Shown one piece after another: positions 39,910 to 49,165 of a stretch of 64,000 bases of DNA. The notes beneath the pieces were generated by a model. It was not told the DNA's origin and made no database searches. It saw only the letters and a list, made by a program, of their open reading frames with translations. How positions within the stretch are numbered: position 1 is the first letter of the stretch; each line of letters starts with the position of its first letter. This stretch comes from Gammaproteobacteria bacterium. GTDB taxonomy: Bacteria; Pseudomonadota; Gammaproteobacteria; JBCCGL01. The stretch lies in the NCBI GenBank assembly GCA_965277715.1, contig OZ255836.1:256001-320000 (forward strand), given 5' to 3'. The position numbers and the translations under genes were made by a program.

Positions 39910-40292
39910 ATCAAGGGTATATTGTCGACACACATGTGATGTTGTGGATCCTGGAAAACCGGAAGGTTCCAGAACACATTATTAAGGCCGTCGTCGATAA
40001 GGATAATCAGTGTTACTACAGCCTGGTATCGGTGTGGGAAATTGCGATCAAGTATGCCCTGGAGAAAATAAATATAAGCCCTGAGCAATTCGTCGGTTAT
40101 ATGGAAGCGTATGAGGTTTTTTCACTGGATATCAAAAAGTCGCATATATACCAGGTTGCCACACTCCCCCATATACACAAAGACCCATTTGACCGCCTGA
40201 TGATTGCCCAGGCAATGGTCGAAGGCTTAACGCTTGTTACTGCGGATGAACGTATTGTGCAATATAGGGGTGTAAATATCTTAAAATTTTAG
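39906..40292 (+). CDS. vapC: VapC/PIN toxin
   Basis: VDTHVMLW, SVWEIAIK, HKDPFDRLMIAQA, LVTAD. Confidence 0.92.
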   Translation: MNQGYIVDTHVMLWILENRKVPEHIIKAVVDKDNQCYYSLVSVWEIAIKYALEKINISPEQFVGYMEAYEVFSLDIKKSHIYQVATLPHIHKDPFDRLMIAQAMVEGLTLVTADERIVQYRGVNILKF

Positions 40293-40342
40293 TGTGGCCA
40301 TGGAAGGGGCACCTTGGTTTTCCTGTGCTGTTTTCGGTCACT

Positions 40343-40748
40343 TTATCGAACCCAATTTTCCAGTTTTAGGCCATCTACACGCTCAAATTCTTTCGTATTA
40401 TTCGTTACCAGGGTTAAATTCCGGCTCAAGGCTATTTATTGCCGCTATTTGTAGATCGTAGGGTCCGATAGGCGTTCCCATGCGTTTTAAAGCGGCGCGA
40501 ATCCTGGCTGCATACAAAGCGTCTTCCTTGCCGAATTCGATAATCTCCAGTGGCGCTAAAAATTGGTTAAGCGCCTGTCGGTTACGTTTGCCTGGCTGGC
40601 CGTTTTCAATGCCAAAGGCGAGTTCGAAAACGCTTATAGATGAGATATATACTTGTGTTTTTTTTAGCGCGGCAAATCGTTGGCGAACAACTGCTGGTTT
40701 ATGTTTGATGATGTAAATACAGATATTGGTATCTAACAGATAATCCAT
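40343..40748 (-). pseudogene. vapC: VapC toxin, frameshifted near 40435
   Basis: YLLDTNICIY...PIGPYDLQIAA, then in another frame LTLVTNNTKEFERVDGLKLENW*. Confidence 0.85.
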
Positions 40749-40975
40749 TACCAATCCCTTTCCTGCATCTGAGGTTGTTCCCGCCCTTGTTCCATGAAAT
40801 CCTCAGTAAATTTATCCAGCCCATCAAACCAGGCATCCCAATTGGTTTCCAACGGTTCTAAAATAACCTGGTTGCCTTGACGGGTGATTTTTACCTCTTT
40901 ACCTGGCAGGCGGAAAGCTTTTGGTAGCCTGACAGCTTGAGAACGGCCATTTTGAAAGAGCTTAGCAGTTTGCAT
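40748..40975 (-). CDS. vapB: VapB (AbrB-type) antitoxin
   Basis: MQTAKLFQNGRSQAVRLPKAFR; TAATG overlap with vapC. Confidence 0.92.
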   Translation of the reverse strand: MQTAKLFQNGRSQAVRLPKAFRLPGKEVKITRQGNQVILEPLETNWDAWFDGLDKFTEDFMEQGREQPQMQERDW

Positions 40976-41292
40976 TGCGATGGTTTCCACTGGTATATGC
41001 CAAAAGTATATTCCATTTGAAGTGTTCAATTCAGCCTTATTCGTTAATACTATATCGATAATACACATCGCCGTGTACACAGGCATCCCTCAGACTTTCG
41101 ATACTATGTTTTGATGCTTGGGTTAGAGAAAATGAACCAAGGATGTCGAAGTACTCGACGAGCCACGCTGTTTTTTGTTATTTGTCTTTATACAAAAGGA
41201 TTCCCTCTGTCTTAGAAAAGCGCTACTATGCGTCAATAATTTGTCGCTCAGCCGTTGTGGATTGGCGGAGCAGCTTAATGAGGCGTGCGTTT

Positions 41293-41676
41293 ATGTTGAC
41301 ACCCACTGATACTAACGATGTGGTCAAAACCGATTTTTCGACGGTTGATTTTGATGAATGGATGGCGCTCTATCAACAAGACCCGGAAGCGTTTGAGCAG
41401 CGCCGTGCCGACTTGATTCAATCGGCTATTAGCCGTGCGCCCAAGCACCATCAGCGTCGCCTGAATGGCTTACAGTTTCAAGTGGATATGGAGCGACGAC
41501 GCACACACTCTCCATTGAAATGTTGCCTGCGCGTATCAGCGTTGATGTGGGAAAAATTTGATACGCTACGTGCCAATCTGAATGAACTCAGCGACCAGCA
41601 GTACAATACAGCGACTGTACAACGCAGTGAAACACAGCCTCACAACGCAGATATCTTGCCGTTTTCGCCCCAGTAA
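41293..41676 (+). CDS. DUF3135-like protein
   Basis: FDEW..L.Q.DPEAFEQ.R..LI...I..A......RL.GLQF.VD. Start is uncertain. Confidence 0.75.
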   Translation: MLTPTDTNDVVKTDFSTVDFDEWMALYQQDPEAFEQRRADLIQSAISRAPKHHQRRLNGLQFQVDMERRRTHSPLKCCLRVSALMWEKFDTLRANLNELSDQQYNTATVQRSETQPHNADILPFSPQ

Positions 41677-41711
41677 TTAGCATGCCTATATAAGCATTCT
41701 AGATATTGAGC

Positions 41712-42100
41712 GGAGGGGCGGGCCAGGTATTCACTATTCAGTTCATTTTCAATCTGATGAATCATCTCTTTAAGTTCTCCGTTGTCTAATTGCTTCCTGA
41801 CTTAGGCTATTGCACTCGATACACCACCAGGATGACTCAAGGCAAAATAGTGAGCAATCGCTTTTAATGGCACACTACTAAGCCGCTGGCAGTAAAATAC
41901 ATAGCCAGTTTACGGGGAATGTTCGCACTACTGCCCTTACCTTGGCTGTCTAAAATACTGCCCTCGCTCACCCGGCAACAACTTGCCACAGTTCTTACTA
42001 CCACACGGGCGGGCACCTTTTCCTGCAATTGTGACCGGACATCAAGTCCATTCTGACTTTCCTTGTATTCGATCAACCATGAGAGAAATGTTTTATCCCC
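41712..42100 (-). pseudogene. C-terminal DnaA-like HTH remnant of a Y1/RAYT-type transposase
   Basis: GDKTF...V.R.VA....V....I.....G..NIPRKLAMY/CQRLS...LKAIAHYF.L.H...VSSAI. It ends near ACCTGGCCCGCCCC, which resembles the CCTGACCCC repeat. Confidence 0.55.
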
Positions 42101-42230
42101 GTGGGAACTGCTGGGACAATGCATCCATGGAACGCTGTTTTAGATACTTTAAGACAGGGTAGGTGTCAGGCCAGGGTTATCAGAATTATGAGCAAGCCAA
42201 AAAGAATATTTTATCGTATATAAAACTTTA
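42100..42230 (+). pseudogene. IS3-family transposase remnant
   Basis: RGNCWDNASMERCFRYFKT. A probable IS3 end (...ACCACTACA) lies near 43371, beyond the IS1595. Confidence 0.65.
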
Positions 42231-43253
42231 CCTAATTACCACTCAAGCTAAGCCTATTTTCAGCATTTTTTCGGTCATAGGTGGTGTTCTTAATCCCACA
42301 TAGAAGAACCGGGGGAGTATATCTTTAAGTGAAAATCGCCGATTAAACCGGTACTGAAAGTCAGCAAGGTAGCGCTGAGCATATTTTGGCTGAATAGCAT
42401 GATAGGTACTGCGTAAGGCAGACTTAAGACTGCCTAATATCGTATTTACCCAGTAAAACTCCGGTTCCTCTACCGAGGCTTTACCACCACCACACACAAT
42501 TTTATCATGCAGACAATCCGCTTTGGTAACGGCATTAAAACAAGCAAGGCCATCCGATATCACTGTTGTACCCGGTTCAATATGCTGCTTCGCCCACGCT
42601 TCAATCGCGTCACTACGAAACCCCTCAACGACATTTAATTTTATGCGTATAGGTTGGCTGTTGGCTGTCGTTTCAACCGCCGCTACAAATGCTGTTTTCC
42701 CTGTTGCACCGCGTCCTCTCTTGCAACCTGAATGCTCACCCCCTAAATAAGCATCATCGAGTTCAACTAATCCTGATAACGGTTTTGATTCATCACGTTC
42801 ATACATCACTTGCATGATCTTGTGCTTCATATGCCAAGCGGCTTTATATGAAATACCTAGATGCCTGTGTAACGCCATTGCAGACAGGCCTTTTTTATCT
42901 TGGGCAATCAAATACAGTGCTTGAAACCAACAGGTTAATGGGCGTTTTGTGGCTTGAAAAATCGTACCGGCTGTAATGGATGTTTGGTGGTGGCAGCGAT
43001 AGCACTGTTGGAGCTTACGTGTGGTTAATTGACACCCTTTATTATGTCCACAATTGGAACAGATAAACCCTTGGGGTCAGCGCCAATTGTAGCGTGCTGT
43101 AAAACACTGTTCCTCTGTGCCATAGGACTCAATGAAACGACTTAAGCTAAGGCCCATTTGAAACTGTACCGTATTGCGAGACATCATAAAAACCAATTAA
43201 TTCAATGGCTTGTATTTTATCATAGAGTAAGCTTAGCTTGGGTGGTAACTAGG
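42231..43253 (-). mobile_element. IS1595 family element; transposase 42243-43187 with in-frame stop near 43078
   Basis: TIR CCTAATTACCAC.CAAGCTAAGC, zinc ribbon, VELDDAY, SDG, YL.DF.YRFNRR. Confidence 0.92.
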
Positions 43254-43796
43254 AAAGACTTTAAACCTAGAAAACGCAGTTGAGCTTGAAAAAGCTGTGC
43301 AAGGCATTGGTGTGCATGGGAAAGTTTAAAAATAACCCCTTCTGGATATACACAATTACTTAACCACTACACCGTCCTTAAATCCTCGACGGCCAGCTCG
43401 GAAAATTCTCCCACTGATAGATTGCCGAACCTCTGTCCATCCAAGCCTTGGCCTGTCTTAGGACTTCCATATGCTGCTGGCGTGCAATAAACACATTCTC
43501 GCCGTACGTCGTAGGGTCTAATCCCTCTACTTCAGATGGCCTGCAGTTCGCCCATTCTTTCGCTAGTTATGGGATCGAATGAACCTAAACCATTTCTGTG
43601 GGTTCCTTATCTCAACAAAGCCAAGTCTCATAATACTGTGTATACGCCAGTCGCCGAACTTAGCGGAGGAAACACAGTAAGATTGGAAACCATCTACCAA
43701 GCGCGCATATTTCTGCAACCCGATGTTGTTCAAAACGCCCCTACCTCTAGCAAGGGTACAATAGTAATCTGAGGCAAATTAATGCAAGAGAATAAA

Positions 43797-44108
43797 ATGG
43801 CAAAATACATTGTGCTATTTGAAGATAACGTGGAGTTCGCTGACCAACGCACAAATTTCATGTCCGAGCATCTAAAATTTCTAGCGCGCAACGCTGATTG
43901 GTTAGAAGCAGAGAGGCCGTTATTTGATTCTTCAGATGGCAATAGCGCCGGGGGGCTTTGGCTGGTTGACGCCGATACGCCCGAAAAGGTCATGTCCCTG
44001 ACGCATGAAGATCCTTTTTGGCCAACTGGCCTTGGCCTGCGCAAAAGTGTTCGGATACTGAATTGGAAGCAAGTATTTAACAAAAGCTCGCGCACAACCC
44101 TACTATGA
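43797..44108 (+). CDS. YciI family protein
   Basis: R....EHL.FL......PL......GGLWLV.A........DPF. Confidence 0.75.
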   Translation: MAKYIVLFEDNVEFADQRTNFMSEHLKFLARNADWLEAERPLFDSSDGNSAGGLWLVDADTPEKVMSLTHEDPFWPTGLGLRKSVRILNWKQVFNKSSRTTLL

Positions 44109-45061
44109 ATGGCACTATCTTTACGGACTTTACTTTAGCCAGTTTGCCAATCTTGCTACTTATTGCAACTGGCTTCCTTACCCGACGTCTACTGGTACAG
44201 GATAGTGCGGTTTGGACTGCACTTGATCGGATAAATTTCCGCATTCTCATTCCTGCGCTGATTATTAGCACGATAGCACAAACGAATATTCACGCCGTAT
44301 CTGGTCTGCGGCTTGGAGCAGCAATTGTGCTGGTGCTGCTTACTTTGACGCTTATTCTGGTTTTTCTATGCCGTTTACTGGTTCCTGCAGTGGTAGATTA
44401 CCCAGCATATTCAAGCATATTTCAGACATCGACTCGTTGGAATGCGTCAATTGCAATTGTGGTCGCAACCCTCATCTTCGATCCTGTTGCTATCACTGTA
44501 ATCGCTATAATAATGGTTGTGCTTATGCCAATTGTAAACGTGATCAATATATCGATGATGATGCGTTTACCTGGTGCACACGATACATCGGTTGCAGGTA
44601 CCCTAGTGCAGTTTTCGCGAAACCCAATCATACTCGGCTGCCTAATTGGCATCCTGCTTTCTGTAACAAGAGCGCCATTGCCAGAACCGATTATTAACAG
44701 CCTAGATATTCTCGGCATGGCGTCAATCGGAACGATACTACTCAGTCTCGGAGCGGGATTGAACCTTAGCGCCTTCCAAAGAAGGCTGATACCGATTGCA
44801 ATAAGCTCTTTCTTAAAGCTTATCGCCATGCCTAGCTTGGTTCTACTCTTCGGTAGTTTGCTCGATATTGGTGCGGCCTTTCTAATTGTTATAACTGTCG
44901 CAACGGCTATGCCGACAGCGACTAACGGGTATGTAGTTGCTCAGGAGATGGGAGGTGACGCCCCTCTCTATGCATCCATCTGCACAGTTCAGATGCTGCT
45001 ATCATTTGTCACTGTACCACTATGGCTTCTGTTGTGCTTACAGTTGCCCTTGCCTTCCTGA
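44105..45061 (+). CDS. AEC (auxin efflux carrier) family transporter
   Basis: About 10 TMs, NPII, KLIAMP, MPTA.NGYVVAQEMGGD. Confidence 0.88.
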   Translation: MNGTIFTDFTLASLPILLLIATGFLTRRLLVQDSAVWTALDRINFRILIPALIISTIAQTNIHAVSGLRLGAAIVLVLLTLTLILVFLCRLLVPAVVDYPAYSSIFQTSTRWNASIAIVVATLIFDPVAITVIAIIMVVLMPIVNVINISMMMRLPGAHDTSVAGTLVQFSRNPIILGCLIGILLSVTRAPLPEPIINSLDILGMASIGTILLSLGAGLNLSAFQRRLIPIAISSFLKLIAMPSLVLLFGSLLDIGAAFLIVITVATAMPTATNGYVVAQEMGGDAPLYASICTVQMLLSFVTVPLWLLLCLQLPLPS

Positions 45062-46065
45062 GAATGAATGGCCCTAAGGCCAAGAGGTCGATTCCGGTTG
45101 AGAAAAAGCAGCGAAGCGCGTCAAGTGGAGATCCAACAATTGGCTCACCCATTATATTAAAGCTGGTGTTGAGTATTACTGGGTGTCCCGATAGCCGACC
45201 GAATTCAGTGATCAGTGCGTGGTACTCGGGCGCAACACGTGAATCCACCGTTTGTACACGCGCAGTGCCATCAACGTGTACCAATCGCCGGGATTTTTTC
45301 GCGCATCTCATGCCGTACGGCAGCTACTTTCAACATGTATGGGACGTCTACGGAAATATCAAAGTAATCTTGCGCATGCTCGCGAACCACCGATGGTGCA
45401 AATGGACGAAATGCCTCGCGGTGCTTGACTTCCGCATTGATCTTGCGTTTCATGTCGGGGTTTGTTGGATCTGCTAGTATACTACGTGCTCCAAGCGCCC
45501 TAGGGCCGAATTCCATGCGGCCCTGAAACCAACCGACGATGGCTCCTTGATGCAGTGCCTGCGCGACCACCAATGGGATGTCATTCACTTTCTCAAAGTG
45601 CACTTTTGCCTCCTCAAGCACTCTTAGAATCTCATCGTCAGAGTAATTTCGCCCTAAAAAGGGGGTAAAATGACGAATAGGTGGTTTCTGGCCGAGGCGT
45701 ACCGAATGAACATATGCCGCCGCCCCAATTGCAGTGCCATTGTCACCAGCCCCCGGTATTAGGAATACGTCGTCGAAGATACCTTCCTTAAGTATTCGTC
45801 CATTCGCCACACTGTTCAGAGCCACTCCACCTGAATAGATGAGGTGCCGCTCACCAGTCTGCTCCCGCAGATATCTCGCGATCTTTAGCACGCTCTTCTC
45901 AAGTACACATTGAAAGGCCGCCGCAATATCGCAATGGTAGTCACGAAACTCCCCACTGGGTTGGCGTGGTGAACCAAACATTCTGATGAATTTGTCGCCA
46001 CAGAGACGTCCACCCAGTGAAGGATAATCGAACCAATCTAGATCGATTGAAACTCGGGCATCCTC
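45009..46065 (-). pseudogene. Carbamoyltransferase (NodU/CmcH family), C-terminal part, frameshifted
   Basis: GGVALN, GDNG, EFGPRALG.RSILADP, K.RE.FRPFAP, HVDGTARVQTV, LNTSFN. The 5' end is missing. Confidence 0.88.
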
Positions 46066-46270
46066 CTAAAGCGTTGTCTGGTGGTTACATTGGACGCTGT
46101 AACAGCAGCAATGAAAGCTATCCTAAAAGATGTCCAATTCGGAAACGGCAACACAAGTATCGAAAGCGCGTATACTATTATTAGCGTCAGAATTAACATC
46201 TAAAATCTCCTCTATCAAAATCGCTGAATCTAGACTACGACCAGAACAGAGAGGTATGGAATAGCAAATC

Positions 46271-47173
46271 ATGCAAGCCGTTATTGCAAGAAACTGGAAG
46301 AGCGTCAAATGGAGCAACTTGCATTGCGTACTCATTGTAGCTAATGCTAAATCGATCAAAAAAGCCGCCGTGCAGCTAAAAACGACGGAAAGTACAGTCT
46401 CTCGCCGTGTAAGTAATATTGAAAGCGCTCTCGGTTTTTCTATTTTTGAGAGAACACCAATGGGAGTCGTGCTAACAAAGGCTGGTGAAAAACTTGTTCA
46501 GCACCTTACTCGCGCAGAAGCTGAAGTGGAAGCGGGTCTAGAGGAGGCCATCAACCAGCAAAACGCACCGAAAGGAAGGATACGCCTCACAACCGTCCCT
46601 ACCCTTATGAACTACCTATTGATACCTGCAACCAAGCGCTTTTTTACCCGTTACCCTGAGATCGAGTTAGAGCTCGTTGGGTTGGCTGCGGATTTGAGCA
46701 TGATGAGGCGCGAAGCCGATATTGCTATTCGGTTGGCCCGTCCCTCATCCGATCTAAATGCTGTAACACGTCGCCTCGGAGCTATCGAATACGGTGTGTT
46801 TACTTCCACAACCGCTATTTCCAATACTGATAAGAGCGTGCTACAACCTTGGGTGACTTATGAAAAAGATATGTCCCAACTACCGCAGGCTAAGTGGATC
46901 GAGAAACGAACACAGGAGAGTAATGAGTCGATCAGTATGCTTAGATGCAACGATGCCGATGGCCTAATTCAGGCTTTGCGCAACGATTTAGGCAGAAGTT
47001 TGCTGCCGAAGCTTGTCGCTTCAAATATCCCCGACCTCGAAGAGTTGCCTGGATACGATAACCTTCCCTCGCGTGAAATTTGGTTATTAGTCCATCCTAA
47101 TGTAATAATGACAAAGAGAATCAGAGTCGTAATTGATTGGCTGCAAGAGATATTTCGCTCGTCCAAAATCTGA
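46271..47173 (+). CDS. LysR family transcriptional regulator
   Basis: AA..L.TT.STVSRR...IE..LG..IFER, RREADIAIRL. Confidence 0.92.
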   Translation: MQAVIARNWKSVKWSNLHCVLIVANAKSIKKAAVQLKTTESTVSRRVSNIESALGFSIFERTPMGVVLTKAGEKLVQHLTRAEAEVEAGLEEAINQQNAPKGRIRLTTVPTLMNYLLIPATKRFFTRYPEIELELVGLAADLSMMRREADIAIRLARPSSDLNAVTRRLGAIEYGVFTSTTAISNTDKSVLQPWVTYEKDMSQLPQAKWIEKRTQESNESISMLRCNDADGLIQALRNDLGRSLLPKLVASNIPDLEELPGYDNLPSREIWLLVHPNVIMTKRIRVVIDWLQEIFRSSKI

Positions 47174-47406
47174 ATTCCTGCAAAACGCTTAAGTGTAGTA
47201 GTCAAGCATCCTCGTACTATTGGATAGGTTTTTTAAGCCACGTAAGCCATAGTGTCCGGTTGTGCTTGTTTGTAAGTATTATAACTATATTTAGTCATCC
47301 ACTCGTTTTTGAAACTACGGAATGTACGTTCCATGGGGATGTTGATATATAAGATATAAGGAGTAAGTATCATTTTGAATTTTAAATTATTTTTTTAAAA
47401 TCTTCT

Positions 47407-48057
47407 AGGGCTTGTTGACGTTTCACATGGGCAACCAAAGAAAGGAGCATGCCAAGGCAAGCATGCTCCGATAGTTCCGCTTCAACTTATCATATCGAGT
47501 GGCAATCGCTCGAAAATGCTTCAATCGAGCAAACACATTTTCAACCAGGTGTCGGTATTTGTATAAACACCAGTCGATATCCTCATTGCCTATTTTTGAG
47601 TTGCTTCGCCGTGGAATAACCGGAATTGACTTTTTCTGTCTAATCTGATGGCGTAACGCTTCGCTGTCACACCTTATAGCCCCTGCGCTATGTTGGTGTG
47701 CCTTCACAATACTCCTATCGATAAAGGCCCATTCTTGATCGGGTTCTTCGACAAGCGCATGGAAAATGTTCATTAGCTTGCCTTTCGATGACCATTCATT
47801 GAAGCGTTTATAAACGCTATTCCAGTCACCAAATGACGCCGGTAAATCTCGCCATGGACACCCCACACGCAATCGATAAAGAATTCCTTCAACGACTAAC
47901 CTTCACTTCGGCTTGTCATAAATGCCTTCTTTAAACATGATATTCCGTAGCTTCGACCAATACTCATCGTTGAGCAATAATCGGGGCATGGCAAACTCGT
48001 ATTTGTTGTTTTTCGCACATCCAATGATACGGGTTTGCCTTTTGTTTCAAAAGCTTA
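47407..48057 (-). mobile_element. IS5 family element remnant (pseudogene)
   Basis: GCPWRDLP, W.SVYKRF..W, YKYRHLVENVFARLKHFRAIATRYDK; contains stops and a deletion. Confidence 0.85.
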
Positions 48058-48584
48058 CCTAATTACCACCCAAGCTAAGCTTACTCTATGATAAAATACA
48101 AGCCATTGAATTAATTGATTTTTATGATGTCTCGCAATACGGTACAGTTTCAAATGGGCCTTAGCTTAAGTCGTTTCATTGAGTCTTATGGCACAGAGGA
48201 ACAGTGTTTTACAGCACTCTACAATTGGCGCTGGCCCCAAGGGTTTATCTGTTCCAATTGTGGGCATAATAAAGGGTGTCAATTAACCACACGTAAGCTC
48301 CAACAGTGCTATCGCTGCCACCACCAAACATCCATTACAGCCGGTACGATTTTTCAAGCCACAAAACGCCCGTTAACCTGTTGGTTTCAAGCACTGTATT
48401 TGATTGCCCAAGATAAAAAAGGCCTGTCTGCAATGGCGTTACACAGGCATCTAGGTATTTCATATAAAGCCGCTTGGCATATGAAGCACAAGATCATGCA
48501 AGTGATGTATGAACGTGATGAATCAAAACCGTTATCAGGATTTGTTGAACTCGATGATGCTTATTTAGGGGGTGAGCATTCAGG
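48058..48584 (+). mobile_element. IS1595 5' half (truncated copy)
   Basis: Near-identical to the reverse complement of 42727-43253. Confidence 0.9.
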
Positions 48585-48689
48585 ACTTATGTGTTTAGGT
48601 ACTAGGTGCACCAGAAAATACTCCACTGCTGAATGGATTATGAGTGAAAACCTGTTCAAGGGCAGTGTCTGCTATTGTTACTGCTTTCA

Positions 48690-49015
48690 AATGGCAGACC
48701 TTGAACAGCAGATCAATGGATGTGTTTTTTTAAAGATGCAGATTAAGTGGGAAATACTTCCCACCGAACTTGATACCGACGAAATGAGGCAGGCAATGGC
48801 CATATTGAAACGCTTTTCAGAGTAAAGAACAAGACTATCACCTTTACCAAGCCAGACAGAATGTCTAGCGAGAAGAAAAGACCTAGTACAATCTATTAAC
48901 CGAGGCGATCCAGGCGAGCAATTATGAGTGCAGGCAAAAAGAAGCCATATTTCAGGAAAAAGACCGCTTACGTACCCTTTTACAGCAAGCGAGTATTGAC
49001 CCAGATAGCGAATAG
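48690..49015 (+). pseudogene. Rpn-family PD-(D/E)XK nuclease/transposase C-terminal remnant
   Basis: LPTELDT.EMRQAM.IL.RFSE, YHLYQAR, and a C-terminal EKDRLRTLLQQASIDP with stops and shifts. Confidence 0.5.
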
Positions 49016-49165
49016 TCGGTTTTTTATATTTATACTCATGCGTCTTCCGCGTCGTTGTTGCAGCCACAAGTGTGGAAATAAAAAATTAACAAAATCAATA
49101 GCTTGTAATACTCTATTTAAGAAGAGGTTCTTGCGTTCACGTAAAGATAACTACTTTTCAGCGGT

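Noticed and set aside
3978-43080. Stop-codon reassignment suggested by in-frame TAG/TGA in several transposases
   Set aside because: TAG and TGA both terminate normal housekeeping genes here (yebC ends TAG, fliE ends TGA), so these are pseudogenes.
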